Source of the DNA: an uncultured Chitinophagaceae bacterium
GTDB taxonomy: Bacteria > Bacteroidota > Bacteroidia > Chitinophagales > Chitinophagaceae
DNA length: 64,000 nucleotides
NCBI GenBank assembly: GCA_966674115.1
Contig: CBKWHA010000002.1
Span: forward strand, 5,399-69,398
Reading direction: 5' to 3'
The position numbers were made by a program, and so were the translations under genes. Each line of letters opens with the position of its first letter. The stretch's first letter is position 1. Positions 35,732 to 46,914 of the stretch are shown in pieces. The notes below the pieces were generated by a model. The model made no database searches. It was not told the DNA's origin and saw only the letters and a program-made list of their open reading frames with translations.

Positions 35732-37228
35732 TTACTGTAACCTTTGAAATGCACTGCCAAAATAAGAGATCAGGTCCCCTGCAATTAATGCTTCCATAGA
35801 GTTATTTTCCGCAGCTATATCTCCGGCGAGACCGTGGAGATATACGCCCAGTAAGGCAGCTTCCGAGGGAGCATAACCCTGGCCTAATAATGAAGTCAGC
35901 ATCCCGGTCAACACATCTCCTGTGCCGCCAGTCGCCATTCCAGCATTACCTGTGTTATTAAAATAGGATTGTCCTGTTGGCATTGCAATAAACGAGTGAT
36001 GGCCTTTTAAAATTAAAATGATATTTAACTCTTTGGCCTTTTGTAGCGCAAGTTGAACTCGTTCAACATCATTATCAGTTTTGCCAAATAATCGCTCAAA
36101 TTCTTTGGGGTGAGGGGTTAGGATAGAGTGAGGCGCAAGGTCGGGTAATGTTTTAGGATCTAATGACAGGCAGTTAAGAGCGTCCGCATCGACCACTATT
36201 GGTTTTTTATGCTGCTTCACAAGATTAACTACGGTTTTTATGGTTTCTTCCTTTGTGCCCAAGCCTGGACCGATACCAATTGCGGAAAACTTCTCCAGAT
36301 TTTCGGGTAGGTCATAAATAAAGTCATGACCATGCCCTGTCATGGTCATGGCTTCCGGAACCGTAGTTTGAAGAATATTATAACCGCATTGCGGTAAGTA
36401 TACAGTAACAAGACCAGCTCCTGCTCTTAAACAGGCTCTGGCTGAAAGAACCACAGCGCCGATTTTACCATAACTACCTCCAATAATTAATGAATGTCCG
36501 TAAGTTCCTTTGTGTGCAAATTCCTGCCGTGGCCTGTAAATATTTTTGATCTGGGTTAATTCCAGCAATTGCAGATCAGTTTGCGCATCAAAACCTGTAT
36601 GCAGCCCAATATCAAGTACCTGAACATTACCGGTAAAACTCTTATTCTCAGCCAGCAGGAATGCCAATTTCTGTATTTGAAAGGTTAGTGTGATATCGGC
36701 TTTGATGATCTTATTTCCTAAAGACGATTGGTCAATATATAAACCGGAAGGAACATCAATAGAAATAACGGTAGCTTTTGAGTTGTTAATATGCTGCACC
36801 AGTTGGGCGCTTAATCCTTCCAGGGGTTTGTTCAATCCGGAGCCGAATAAAGCATCTATAACAATATACTCGTCTCGAATGTCCGGAAACATTTGTGCAG
36901 ACTGAATAAAGTTGATTTCTACAGGAAGCTCGTGTAAACGTTGCAGGTTTATTTGAAAATCATCCGAACCCAAACGACCGAATTCCAGGATATAAACCGA
37001 TACTTTGTGGCCATTTTCTGTCAACAGCCGGGCAATGGCAAGACCATCACCGCCATTGTTACCTTTGCCACAAAAGATCAAAAACTGCTTACTTGACCAC
37101 TTCTGGGAAAGGATCCATTGCACACATTTTTTTGCAGCCCGTTCCATCAGGTCTATGGAACTAATAGGCTCCTGGGCGATGGTATATTGATCCCATTCCT
37201 TTATTTGGCTGGTGTTATAGATTTTCAC
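35732..37228 (-). CDS. nnr: Bifunctional NAD(P)H-hydrate repair enzyme (epimerase + ADP-dependent dehydratase)
   Basis: N-terminal YjeF_N domain (CGKGNNGGDG) plus a C-terminal carbohydrate-kinase domain (...GNAGMATGGTGDVLTG...). Confidence 0.9.
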   Translation of the reverse strand: MKIYNTSQIKEWDQYTIAQEPISSIDLMERAAKKCVQWILSQKWSSKQFLIFCGKGNNGGDGLAIARLLTENGHKVSVYILEFGRLGSDDFQINLQRLHELPVEINFIQSAQMFPDIRDEYIVIDALFGSGLNKPLEGLSAQLVQHINNSKATVISIDVPSGLYIDQSSLGNKIIKADITLTFQIQKLAFLLAENKSFTGNVQVLDIGLHTGFDAQTDLQLLELTQIKNIYRPRQEFAHKGTYGHSLIIGGSYGKIGAVVLSARACLRAGAGLVTVYLPQCGYNILQTTVPEAMTMTGHGHDFIYDLPENLEKFSAIGIGPGLGTKEETIKTVVNLVKQHKKPIVVDADALNCLSLDPKTLPDLAPHSILTPHPKEFERLFGKTDNDVERVQLALQKAKELNIILILKGHHSFIAMPTGQSYFNNTGNAGMATGGTGDVLTGMLTSLLGQGYAPSEAALLGVYLHGLAGDIAAENNSMEALIAGDLISYFGSAFQRLQ

Positions 37229-37248
37229 GTTTGATCATTATTCAAAAC

Positions 37249-38433
37249 TCATTCTTTTGATTCTCTGCCGCCATTCTCTTCCAAAACCTGAACGCCATTT
37301 TCACCATAATCACCAAACAAGTTATACATTTTTCTTGCAGTAGTGTAAATACTGCTTCTATATTTATTACCCAGAATAATTATTGTCGCTTTTTCATCAA
37401 TCAAACGGGCAAAAGCCGCATTAAAACCATGCCATCTGCCATGATGATAAACCATTTTTTTGCCATTAGGGAGATTCAAAAGGCGCCAGCCCAAACCATA
37501 ATTGTGTTGGGAGGGACGTTCATTACTGTAAGGCAAAAATGCAGAATCCATCAGGCTTTTATTGACAAGAACGTTTGCATATAATGCCTGATCCCACTTT
37601 AAAAGATCCCGTGGTGTTGAATAAATATTTTTGTCGCCATAGGGGCCATCCGTATAATCCAGTTGCCACAATCCGCCATAAGCATTGTAAGACGGAGTTA
37701 TCCGCAACGAATCATTCACGGTGAACACAAACGTATTGTTCATTTTCAATGGTTCGAAAATGTTTGACTGCATGTAAACCGGGTAAGGCATGCCGCTTAA
37801 TTTTTCAATAATTAAAGCCAGCAGCACATAATTCGTATTGCAATATTGAAACCTTGAATCAGGATTAAATGCCTTTGGTGGTTTAAGGTTCATCAATGTA
37901 TTCAATACATCTGCATTGGTTAAAAATACCTTCTTGTCCCAAAAATTGGGCTCCAGGTAATACATATAGTTTGGCAGCCCGCTTCTGTGACTAAGAAGCA
38001 TTTTTACGGTTATGCCAGGATATGGAAATCCTGGAAAGAATACTTGTAAGGAATCATTTAATTGAAGTTTTCCTTCCTGTATGAGCTTGAGAATCGCAAC
38101 TGCAGTAAATGTTTTACTGGTTGAAGCTATTTGCAGTGGTGTTTCTGCAGTTAATGTGTCTTTTGTTTTGATGTCTTTATAACCAACATACTGCTCATAA
38201 ACAATAGAACCATTTTTAGCAACCAGTATACTACCATTGAACCCTGATCTTAATAAGGTATGTTTAAGGTAATCTTCAACAGCATCATGGTACTTTTTCT
38301 TGTCTAAATTATTTAGACTAGCCATGGCTGCCACATGATTAGAATCTTTAAGGGCAGTATGAAGCTTATCTTTTTGCGACTTACAGCCCGACAGGCACAC
38401 AATTAACCCGATAATGATAAAGATGATCCTCAA
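37249..38433 (-). CDS. Serine hydrolase, class C beta-lactamase/PBP-related lipoprotein
   Basis: Lipobox LSGC, the SxxK motif IASTSKTF, and YCNTNY (YxN). Confidence 0.85.
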   Translation of the reverse strand: MRIIFIIIGLIVCLSGCKSQKDKLHTALKDSNHVAAMASLNNLDKKKYHDAVEDYLKHTLLRSGFNGSILVAKNGSIVYEQYVGYKDIKTKDTLTAETPLQIASTSKTFTAVAILKLIQEGKLQLNDSLQVFFPGFPYPGITVKMLLSHRSGLPNYMYYLEPNFWDKKVFLTNADVLNTLMNLKPPKAFNPDSRFQYCNTNYVLLALIIEKLSGMPYPVYMQSNIFEPLKMNNTFVFTVNDSLRITPSYNAYGGLWQLDYTDGPYGDKNIYSTPRDLLKWDQALYANVLVNKSLMDSAFLPYSNERPSQHNYGLGWRLLNLPNGKKMVYHHGRWHGFNAAFARLIDEKATIIILGNKYRSSIYTTARKMYNLFGDYGENGVQVLEENGGRESKE

Positions 38434-38647
38434 AATAAAAATTTTTGCAAAAGTAGAGGGTGGCTTTTAAAAGATTTGCACACCTAATACAAAAAGAAAA
38501 CCAAAAAATTAAATGGGCCTGTTTATACCCTGATCTGTGCATAAAAAATATACTTAAATGGTGAGTTGAACTTTGTTGCTACAAAAGCTGAAGTTTGTCA
38601 GGGATTAACTTTATGCTTATTTCGATTGATTTATAGATATTTGCACC

Positions 38648-39883
38648 ATGGAAACTACCAAAACAAGCTACCCCAAGGAAAAAATAAAGATACTATTACT
38701 GGAAAACATTAGTGATGCGGCGGTTAAAAAGTTTGTAGACAGCGGCTATGTAAGCGTTGAAAAGCTTACAAAGGCTTTGCCTGAAGAAGAACTTATTAAG
38801 AAAATTAAAGATGTTCATATTGTTGGCATTCGCTCAAAAACCAATATAACCAAACCTGTTTTGGAAGCAGCAACAAAATTGCAAGCAATTGGCTGTTTTT
38901 GTATTGGAACAAATCAGGTAGATCTGCAGTCGGCCACAGATCATGGTGTTGCAGTTTTTAATGCGCCTTATTCTAATACACGCTCTGTAGCAGAACTTGT
39001 TATTGCATCCGCAATAATGTTGATCAGAAAAATATTGGATAAAAATATAGCTGCTCACAAAGGTGGGTGGTCCAAGGATGCTTCAGGTAGCCACGAATTG
39101 CGTGGAAAAACGCTGGGAATCATTGGTTATGGCAATATAGGTGCGCAAGTGAGCATTTTGGCTGAGGCAATGGGCATGAAAGTCATCTTTTATGACATTG
39201 AGACCAAGCTGCCACTGGGTAATGCGAGAGATACTAAATCGTTGAAAGAGCTGCTAAGCCAGGCCGATGTAATAACCCTTCATGTTCCCGAAACAGCGCA
39301 AACTAAAAACCTGATCAATAAGAATAACCTCAAATATTGCAAAAAAGGCGCAATTATAATCAATTATGCAAGAGGAGAAGTGATGGATTTGGATGCCTTG
39401 AAAATTGCAATTGAATCCGGTCAGATCGGTGGTGCTGCTGTTGACGTATTTCCCGTAGAGCCAGCAAAAAACGGCGATCCTTTCGTTACGCCTCTACAGA
39501 ACTTACCTAATGTGCTGTTGACACCTCACATTGGCGGATCTACAGAAGAGGCACAGCAAAATATTGGCGATGATGTAAGCAATAAGTTGCTGAATTTCCT
39601 GGAAAAAGGCATTAGTTGGGGCTCTCATACGGTTCCGGCATTGTCTTTACCGCCTCAGGAAGGCACACATAGGATTTTGCATGTTCATAAAAACGTACCT
39701 GGTGTATTATCTCAGATCAATGGACAGTTGTCTATCAATAATATTAACATCCTGGGCCAGTACCTGAAAACCAACGACCGCATCGGTTATGTGGTTTTGG
39801 ATGTTGATAAAGAACTCTCTAGCCAGGCGGCCGATCTTTTAAAACAAGTACCAAATACTATTAAAGTGAGGGTCCTTTATTAA
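38648..39883 (+). CDS. serA: D-3-phosphoglycerate dehydrogenase with C-terminal ACT domain
   Basis: GIIGYGNIGAQV, ...INYARG... and ...TPHIGGST.... The 411-aa length matches long SerA. Confidence 0.9.
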   Translation: METTKTSYPKEKIKILLLENISDAAVKKFVDSGYVSVEKLTKALPEEELIKKIKDVHIVGIRSKTNITKPVLEAATKLQAIGCFCIGTNQVDLQSATDHGVAVFNAPYSNTRSVAELVIASAIMLIRKILDKNIAAHKGGWSKDASGSHELRGKTLGIIGYGNIGAQVSILAEAMGMKVIFYDIETKLPLGNARDTKSLKELLSQADVITLHVPETAQTKNLINKNNLKYCKKGAIIINYARGEVMDLDALKIAIESGQIGGAAVDVFPVEPAKNGDPFVTPLQNLPNVLLTPHIGGSTEEAQQNIGDDVSNKLLNFLEKGISWGSHTVPALSLPPQEGTHRILHVHKNVPGVLSQINGQLSINNINILGQYLKTNDRIGYVVLDVDKELSSQAADLLKQVPNTIKVRVLY

Positions 39884-39919
39884 TAGCGGATCGTTTTAAT
39901 AAATATTTTTCAATTCACC

Positions 39920-39966
39920 AAATGCCTTGCTTTTACAGAATTAAAGCAGGGCATTTTGCTTTTTGG
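39920..39966 (+). terminator. Intrinsic terminator of serA
   Basis: 14-bp stem aaatgccttgcttt / aaagcagggcattt (one G-U pair), followed by tgcttttt. Confidence 0.6.
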
Positions 39967-40090
39967 GCATGATCGTGATTTTTGTTAGAATTGCTTAATC
40001 ATTTAATTAACCAGGGAACATTATATCAGCCTTATAAAAAATAATATAGATTAGCTCATAATTTATATTATGTTAAATAGATGTAGAACT

Positions 40091-40114
40091 AAAAAGCCGG
40101 CGAAAAGCCGGCTT
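40091..40114 (-). terminator. Intrinsic terminator of the gyrA-TPR operon
   Basis: On the minus strand: aagccggc-ttttc-gccggctt followed by TTT. Confidence 0.7.
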
Positions 40115-40132
40115 CATTATTTATATCATTTT

Positions 40133-41383
40133 TTATATGCCATACTCCTTCACTTTATCTTCATAGGCCTTTGCTTTATCAAACTGTTTCTTCATATTGT
40201 AGTAATCAATCAAAACGTTTGATACAAACTTCATGTTTCCCTTTTCATAAGCTTTCAGGTCCTCCTTCTTGTCTGCATAACCATTAAAGGCAGCTTCAGC
40301 GTAAGGAACTAATTTATCCCAGTTTTTATTCACCATAGCTGCATTATCTTTTCTCTTTTTAACTGCATCAGGTGTTGCTCCTTTAATAGCTCGCGATTGA
40401 TCCTCAAGTCTGTAAATCTGCTCAGAAAGATAGCGAACCATTAAAAGATTGGCATCTGGATTGTTCTTTGCTTTGATCGCATTAGCAATAGCTTCCTCTA
40501 CCATTGGCTCATAAGTAGCTGCATCCGCCGGCTTTTTATCACCTGCATATAAGTAGTTGTATAGTTCAACCGCATAGTTATAATTCAGGTAATAATTCTC
40601 TGGATTAGCCTTTGTCAGTTCCTGGTATTTTGCAAACAGCTTCGGCTTGTCTTCGCGAATTGGTGATAATTCTACTTCAAACCAATAATCATTTTCCGGA
40701 TACAGTTCACGGCCAATGGCAAGATATTTTGCTCTGTTGGCTTCATCTCCTTTCCTTCCGTAATAGTCAACTAAAAGCTGGTAGATCTCAATATAATTTT
40801 CACCTTTTAATTTATTATCAGCCAAACGCTGATAGTAAGCCATGGCTGAATCTTCCATCTTTGCTTTTGAAGCAGTTGCAGCAATATTTAATATTAAAGC
40901 TGTATCCAGAGCTGGAATAGTAATGCCCGGATAGGAGAATCCTTTCTGGGTGATATACTCTTCAATTGCCAGTACATTTTTGAAATTATTAAACGAGCCC
41001 GCAAAATTATTTGCATTATAATCCTTTACAGCAGCCGTGTAATAATTTTCATACAATTGAAACATCCGTACGTTTTGATCTAGAGTGCCTAGAACGTTTT
41101 TAGGATCCAGTTCATAGTATTTCTTAAATGCATTGAACGCCTCGCCTCTGTAATCCATATCAGTTTTTGTAGAATCCAGAGCTAGATTTGTATATACAAT
41201 TCCTTTATAATACCAGGCATTGGCATTTTTCTGTCCTTTTGGCTCAGAAAGAATCTTATCAATCTTTTCTTTGGCCTCGTCGTATTTCTTTTTGTCGATT
41301 TTTTCTTTTACGTCGTCAAGGTTTTGGGCAAACATGGTAACACTGCTAGCAACCAGTATTGCAGAGAGAATTAATTTGCGCAT
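40133..41383 (-). CDS. Secreted TPR-like helical repeat protein, unknown function
   Basis: Signal peptide, then helical repeats rich in Y/A/K/N. It starts 27 nt after gyrA, so it is probably co-transcribed. Confidence 0.6.
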   Translation of the reverse strand: MRKLILSAILVASSVTMFAQNLDDVKEKIDKKKYDEAKEKIDKILSEPKGQKNANAWYYKGIVYTNLALDSTKTDMDYRGEAFNAFKKYYELDPKNVLGTLDQNVRMFQLYENYYTAAVKDYNANNFAGSFNNFKNVLAIEEYITQKGFSYPGITIPALDTALILNIAATASKAKMEDSAMAYYQRLADNKLKGENYIEIYQLLVDYYGRKGDEANRAKYLAIGRELYPENDYWFEVELSPIREDKPKLFAKYQELTKANPENYYLNYNYAVELYNYLYAGDKKPADAATYEPMVEEAIANAIKAKNNPDANLLMVRYLSEQIYRLEDQSRAIKGATPDAVKKRKDNAAMVNKNWDKLVPYAEAAFNGYADKKEDLKAYEKGNMKFVSNVLIDYYNMKKQFDKAKAYEDKVKEYGI

Positions 41384-41410
41384 TGCTGTTTTTTTTAGTT
41401 TGAATTTTTG

Positions 41411-43993
41411 TTATGAAGGAACACCGTCCTCTTGTTGAGATGATTCTTCGTTTAGATTCGTTGCTTCATCAATGATTGTTTTTTCATTTTCAACTAGCTC
41501 TGCAGTTTCCTCTTCATCAACATCAATTTGGGTTATGGCAGCTATTTCATCGCCCTCGTCAATTCTGATCAATTTTACACCTTGTGTCGCTCTTCCTAAT
41601 TCACTGATGTTGGATACATTCATTCTTATGGTAACGCCGCTTCTGCACGTAATAATTAGGTCTTCCTTTTCTGCCACGTCTAGAATGCCAACAAGACTGC
41701 CGGTTTTAGGGGTAACAGATATGGTTTTAACGCCCTTACCTCCCCGGTTAGTAATACGATATTCGTCTACGGCTGTCCGTTTTCCGAAACCTTTTTCACT
41801 CACAACGAGTACTGTCCTGTCAGGCGTGGATGGATTAACACAAATCATACCAACAACCTCATCTTCTTCATTGTCTACTTCAATACCACTCACACCAATG
41901 GCGCCTCTGCCGGTGGAACGTACCTTATTTTCCGGAAAGCGGATAGCTCTGCCACTTTTTACCGCCATCATTATTTCGCAATTTCCATCAGTCAGCCTGG
42001 CTTCTAATAGCTGGTCTCCTTCAAGAATGGTGATCGCATTAACACCCGTCGTGCGGGGACGGCTGAAATCTGCCAGGTCCGTTTTCTTGATAATCCCCTT
42101 CTTCGTACACAATACTATATGATGTGCATTCACAAAGTCAGCATCTTGAAGGTCGGCTATATCAATAATGGCCCTGATCTTATCATCCGGCGAGATTTGC
42201 AGGATATTTTGAATGGCCCGGCCTTTACTGTTCTTTTCACCTTCAGGTATTTCATAAACATTCAGCCAATAGCACCTTCCTTTTTCTGTAAAGAACAACA
42301 ATGTATGATGGGTTGAGGCAACAAACAAATGTTCAATATAGTCTTCCTCCCTGGTCCGGCCTCCCATCGCTCCTCTTCCACCTCGTTTCTGTGCCCTGTA
42401 TTCTGTTGCCGAAGTGCGCTTAATATATCCAAGGTGAGATATGGTGATCACAACATCTTCTTCTTTGATCAGGTCTTTTATACTTACTTCATTATCCAGG
42501 TAAGTAATTTCAGACTTGCGGCCATCACCAAAGCGTTCTTTGATTTCCCGTAATTCATTCTTGATTACCTCAAAACGCATGCTCTCATTAGCCAGCAATT
42601 CTCTTAAATGGGAAATTAACTTCATCAGTTCATCATATTCCTGTTTGATTTTTTCCCTTTCCATGCCGGTAAGACGTTGCAGGCGCAATTCCAGGATGGC
42701 TTTGGCCTGAATTTCATCAAGCCCCCAGCCAGCATTTACTAAGGCATCTTTGGCAATTTCTGGTGTTGCAGAGGCCCGGATCAATGCAATTACTTCGTCC
42801 AGGTGATCCAATGCAATCAGGTAGCCTTGTAAAATGTGTGCTTTCTTTTCAGCTTCCTTCAGTTCAAACTGCGTACGGCGAACAACTACTTCATGGCGGA
42901 AATCAACGAATTCACTTATTAATTCCTTAAGGTTTAAGATACGGGGACGGCCTTTTACCAGCGCCACGTTGTTGATACCATAACTGGTCTGGAGTTCTGT
43001 GAATTTGTACAATTGGTTTACCACTACATTGGCTACAGCATCACGCTTCAGGTCTACAACTATACGTGTACCTTCCTTTTTGTTCGATTCGTTGTTTACA
43101 TGTGCAATGGAATCAATAGTGCCATCTTTTACCAACTGGCCTATACGGTCACAAAGGGCATCACGGTTTACCTGGTAAGGAACCTCGGTAATGATGATTT
43201 GCTCACGTCCGCTAGGCTTGGTGTCAATGTGCAGCTTACCACGCACTACTACTCGGCCACGGCCAAAATTATAGGCAGCCTTCACTCCTTCCATTCCATA
43301 AATGATTCCACCTGTTGGAAAATCAGGGGCTTTTATATGCTGCATGAGTTCATCTATAGTGATCTCCCGGTTATCAATAATAGCAACACAGCCATCTATT
43401 ACCTCACCAAGGTTATGGGGCATCATATTGGTCGCCATACCTACGGCAATACCACTGGAGCCATTCACCAGCAGGTTGGGTATGCGGCTTGGAAGAACAG
43501 TAGGCTCTTCAAGAGAATCGTCAAAGTTTAGTTGAAAGTCGACCGTTTCTTTTTCGATATCCTGGAGCATGCTTTCCGAAATGCGGTGCAGGCGGGCCTC
43601 TGTATAACGCATAGCCGCCGGACCATCACCATCCTGGCTGCCAAAGTTTCCCTGGCCATCAACCATCGTATAGCGCATACTCCATTCCTGGGCCATGCGC
43701 ACCATCGCATCATATACTGAAGAATCACCATGGGGGTGATATTTACCCAAAACTTCACCAACAACGCGGGCAGATTTCTTGTAGGGCCGGTTGTAGCTCA
43801 TACCCAGCTCATTCATTGCATATAAAATGCGGCGGTGAACTGGCTTAAATCCATCTCTTACATCAGGAAGGGCACGCCCAACAATCACAGACATTGAGTA
43901 GTCTATGTAGGCGGTTTTCATTTGCTCTTCGATATTAACGGGAATTATACGATTCAGATCGTTTGTTTCTTGCGGTTGCAGATTATCTTCCAT
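41411..43993 (-). CDS. gyrA: DNA gyrase subunit A
   Basis: [34 protein letters not shown] (QRDR) and the active-site [11 protein letters not shown]-terminal beta-pinwheel repeats and an acidic tail are present. Confidence 0.97.
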   Translation of the reverse strand: MEDNLQPQETNDLNRIIPVNIEEQMKTAYIDYSMSVIVGRALPDVRDGFKPVHRRILYAMNELGMSYNRPYKKSARVVGEVLGKYHPHGDSSVYDAMVRMAQEWSMRYTMVDGQGNFGSQDGDGPAAMRYTEARLHRISESMLQDIEKETVDFQLNFDDSLEEPTVLPSRIPNLLVNGSSGIAVGMATNMMPHNLGEVIDGCVAIIDNREITIDELMQHIKAPDFPTGGIIYGMEGVKAAYNFGRGRVVVRGKLHIDTKPSGREQIIITEVPYQVNRDALCDRIGQLVKDGTIDSIAHVNNESNKKEGTRIVVDLKRDAVANVVVNQLYKFTELQTSYGINNVALVKGRPRILNLKELISEFVDFRHEVVVRRTQFELKEAEKKAHILQGYLIALDHLDEVIALIRASATPEIAKDALVNAGWGLDEIQAKAILELRLQRLTGMEREKIKQEYDELMKLISHLRELLANESMRFEVIKNELREIKERFGDGRKSEITYLDNEVSIKDLIKEEDVVITISHLGYIKRTSATEYRAQKRGGRGAMGGRTREEDYIEHLFVASTHHTLLFFTEKGRCYWLNVYEIPEGEKNSKGRAIQNILQISPDDKIRAIIDIADLQDADFVNAHHIVLCTKKGIIKKTDLADFSRPRTTGVNAITILEGDQLLEARLTDGNCEIMMAVKSGRAIRFPENKVRSTGRGAIGVSGIEVDNEEDEVVGMICVNPSTPDRTVLVVSEKGFGKRTAVDEYRITNRGGKGVKTISVTPKTGSLVGILDVAEKEDLIITCRSGVTIRMNVSNISELGRATQGVKLIRIDEGDEIAAITQIDVDEEETAELVENEKTIIDEATNLNEESSQQEDGVPS

Positions 43994-44029
43994 TCGTTTC
44001 AGCTTAAATTATAGCTTTTTTGAAGCGAG

Positions 44030-44037
44030 CAAATTTA
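44030..44037 (-). promoter_or_regulatory. Candidate -7 box (TAAATTTG on the minus strand) for gyrA
   Basis: The plus-strand CAAATTTA lies 37-44 nt upstream of the gyrA start codon. Confidence 0.3.
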
Positions 44038-44230
44038 CCTCTTCTGGAGCGAATAACCTTAAAAAATAGGGATGTTTTCATATAAATAAACAATTGATTT
44101 ATATAATTCATTGTTAATATTTAATGATTGTCTCAGATGGTTAAATTGCTTGCCATAACACGCCACCAATCGTACAGGTCAGAATCGGGCACAGTATTTT
44201 CTGTTTCCTTTTTATGTAAATGGTGGAGAT

Positions 44231-45019
44231 ATGAAAAGGTACTTATTGAGGAGGAATTACGATGAAATGGGGCCATTTTCATTAGAGGATCTGAAAAAAA
44301 AGGAATTACAAACTGCGGATTTGGTTTGGGTTATTGACGAAAGTACTGGATGGCAGGGCCCCAATGAAATTGAAGAGTTAAAACCCGAAACAATATCGGG
44401 TCAGAATAGACAATCACAGGTTAAGGTATTTGCATCCCGTTTTTTTGCACCCACATCTCAGGTATCCTGGTTTTTAGTGGTAGTCGCAGTTTTGATGTTC
44501 GATTTTTTTATCCTAAAGGCTATAGTTCAGGGATTTAATTATGTTCCCTCTGATTTTGTGGCTATAAAAAACGCCCTGAAAAAGGATCCGCCTTCAGGCA
44601 ACACTGATAATAACTACCAAAATGCGTTAGTGAAAGAAATAATTTCAGCTTCTGATACTGGTCAAAAATTAGATAAGTCAAAGGCAGTCAGAACTTTGGA
44701 ATTGAGCCTTGCAGATTTGAAGAAATTACTGGAAATCAAAACGAATAATTATCATGTAGTTTCCTCTGGCGGAATCGATGAATTGGAATTAACCGTGTTT
44801 AACAATTCAGCTTTATTTATTGAGGCTGTAACGGTGCAGGTAGATTATTTGGAAAACAGAGGGCATTTGGTGCAAACCAAAGCTTTTACTACAAACTTTG
44901 TAAAACCGAAAAGTTCCAAAACTATACATATTCCAGCCAACACTAAGGGTTCAAAAATAAAATACCGCATTACCAATGTGAAATCGTCTGAATGCATTTC
45001 AAGAATATCGGAAGCTTAA
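44231..45019 (+). CDS. GYF_2 (DUF4339)-like N-terminal domain membrane protein, unknown function
   Basis: N-terminus ...GPFSLEDLKKKELQTADLVWVIDESTGWQGPNEIEEL fits the GYF_2 pattern. One TM segment and a beta-rich C-terminal domain follow. Confidence 0.55.
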   Translation: MKRYLLRRNYDEMGPFSLEDLKKKELQTADLVWVIDESTGWQGPNEIEELKPETISGQNRQSQVKVFASRFFAPTSQVSWFLVVVAVLMFDFFILKAIVQGFNYVPSDFVAIKNALKKDPPSGNTDNNYQNALVKEIISASDTGQKLDKSKAVRTLELSLADLKKLLEIKTNNYHVVSSGGIDELELTVFNNSALFIEAVTVQVDYLENRGHLVQTKAFTTNFVKPKSSKTIHIPANTKGSKIKYRITNVKSSECISRISEA

Positions 45020-45083
45020 TCTTCCCCATCCTCTTCTCTTTGATTGCTGCATTAGAAACTCCTTTAACTTCACCTAAAAAAGG

Positions 45084-46592
45084 ATGAAGCAGATTTTATT
45101 GTTCGGTGCTGGCAAGTCGTCTTCAGTGTTGATTGATTACTTGTTACAACATGCTGAGCAAGAATCCTGGAAGCTTACGGTGGCTGATGCGGATTGGCAA
45201 ACAGCCAAAAATAAGATTGCAGGATCAACTTTTGGACAGGCAGTTGCCATTGATGTACAGGAACAGGAGCAAAGAAGTCAACTCATAATGGGTTCAGATC
45301 TGGTTATTTCTCTACTTCCACCCAGTCTGCACATCCTTGTGGCTAAAGATTGCCTTGAATTCAGAAAAAACCTGCTCACAGCTTCTTATATAAACGATGA
45401 ATTGAGAGGTCTCAGTCAGGAAATCAAAGCTGCCGGCGTTCTGTTTCTGTGCGAAATGGGATTAGACCCGGGAATCGACCACATGAGTGCAAAAAGAATA
45501 ATCGACGCCATTAGAACAAACGGTGGTGTCATCACTTCGTTTATGTCACACTGTGGGGGATTGGTAGCTCCTGAAAGCGATGATAACCCCTGGCATTACA
45601 AGATTAGCTGGAACCCTCGAAACGTTGTCAATGCGGGTAAGGGTGGGGCTTTTTTTAAACAGGACGGAAAACTGATTAAACTTGAATATCCGGAAATATT
45701 TGCGGAAAAGCGGTATGTTGAAATAGATCCTGAAATTTTTTGCTGGTACCCCAATCGCAACTCGCTGAATTATGCGAAAGTGTATGGCCTGGAAGATTGC
45801 CATACGTTTATACGAACTACCCTCCGTCACCCGGATTTCATTTATGGATGGAAAAATCTGATCGACCTCAAGCTCACAGATGAAACTGATTTAATAGAGA
45901 CAGATGGTAAATCCATACAGGATATTTTTAAAGAACACCTTGATAAAAACAATTTTGGCAATTGGCTGGAACAAAAGCTGCACGACCAGTTTGAAACTAC
46001 AAAAGACCTGCTGGCTAATCTGGTGAATTTAACCCAACTGGAACAGCAGTCCTCAGATGAGGGTATGGACCCTGTTGAGAATTTTTTGATGGTAACCGAA
46101 AAAGGCAACCTCGAGAATATTGATTTAGATGATCTTAAGACCAATGCTGCAGCAACGATTGCTTTTAAATTGCACGAATCAAAACTGACATTAAGTCAAT
46201 TGTTTTATCTGGGAATGGACGATAATACAACTTTAGTAAATATAGGAAGATGCACTGCTGCTGATTTTTTACAATTTGTCCTGGAAAACAAGCTGGCTTT
46301 AAAAGACCAGGATAACGACCGGGTGGTCATGTTACACGAATTAGAATATTTGATTGCCGACGTTCCATTTAAAATAAGAAGCTCTTTGAACCTGATCGGA
46401 GAAAATAAGGAGCATACCGCCATGGCAAAGACAGTCGGATTGCCTTTGGGCATAGCTGCAAAACTGATATTAAATGGAAAAATTAACTTAAAAGGTTTGC
46501 ATATCCCCATATTAAAGGAAATCTATGAACCCGTCCTGAACGAACTGAAACTATATGGAATTGACTTTCACGAAGAAACTTTACCTTTATAA
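45084..46592 (+). CDS. Saccharopine dehydrogenase family oxidoreductase
   Basis: Rossmann N-terminus ILLFGAGKSS, ...CEMGLDPGIDHM..., and a long C-terminal domain. Confidence 0.8.
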   Translation: MKQILLFGAGKSSSVLIDYLLQHAEQESWKLTVADADWQTAKNKIAGSTFGQAVAIDVQEQEQRSQLIMGSDLVISLLPPSLHILVAKDCLEFRKNLLTASYINDELRGLSQEIKAAGVLFLCEMGLDPGIDHMSAKRIIDAIRTNGGVITSFMSHCGGLVAPESDDNPWHYKISWNPRNVVNAGKGGAFFKQDGKLIKLEYPEIFAEKRYVEIDPEIFCWYPNRNSLNYAKVYGLEDCHTFIRTTLRHPDFIYGWKNLIDLKLTDETDLIETDGKSIQDIFKEHLDKNNFGNWLEQKLHDQFETTKDLLANLVNLTQLEQQSSDEGMDPVENFLMVTEKGNLENIDLDDLKTNAAATIAFKLHESKLTLSQLFYLGMDDNTTLVNIGRCTAADFLQFVLENKLALKDQDNDRVVMLHELEYLIADVPFKIRSSLNLIGENKEHTAMAKTVGLPLGIAAKLILNGKINLKGLHIPILKEIYEPVLNELKLYGIDFHEETLPL

Positions 46593-46620
46593 CATCGGAA
46601 GCAATATACGTATGCAATTT

Positions 46621-46810
46621 ATTTATGCTTCTTTTCTACCAATTCCTTTACCAATTCGTATTTCCCTCACTTTTTCTCAGTTTTAAAGCAACCTTACAAT
46701 TATACTCCTCCCCACAAACACCCCGGGCTCCGCCTCATAACTCATTACTCATCACTCATTGTCCATTGCCTATTCCCGTCTCCTCACCACTCATATTTCG
46801 TAACAATCTA
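46621..46810 (+). other. G-depleted, C/T/A-rich intergenic tract containing four tandem CTCATnn heptamers (46734-46761)
   Basis: My count is 12 G in 190 nt on the + strand. The heptamers are ctcataa ctcatta ctcatca ctcattg. No terminator hairpin follows the upstream gene. Confidence 0.85.
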
Positions 46811-46914
46811 TGAACTTTGAACTAACAACTCGTTTTTTAACACTTGCTGGGCTTATTTTTTTATTAAAATGAAAATTATGGGATTAACTTGCACCGCTTT
46901 TTAAAAGAATAATA

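Noticed and set aside
41472-43531. Long plus-strand ORFs (216 aa at 41472-42122, 172 aa at 43013-43531, and several of 62-77 aa) inside gyrA
   Set aside because: They are antisense to an unambiguous, full-length gyrA. The translations are low-complexity (Ser/Ile/Leu-rich), which is typical of shadow ORFs.
46625-46813. 62-aa ORF in the spacer before the ureohydrolase gene
   Set aside because: The translation (..SPQTPRAPPHNSLLITHCPLPIPVSSPLIF..) is a by-product of the G-poor repeat tract. No start context or -7 box is visible.
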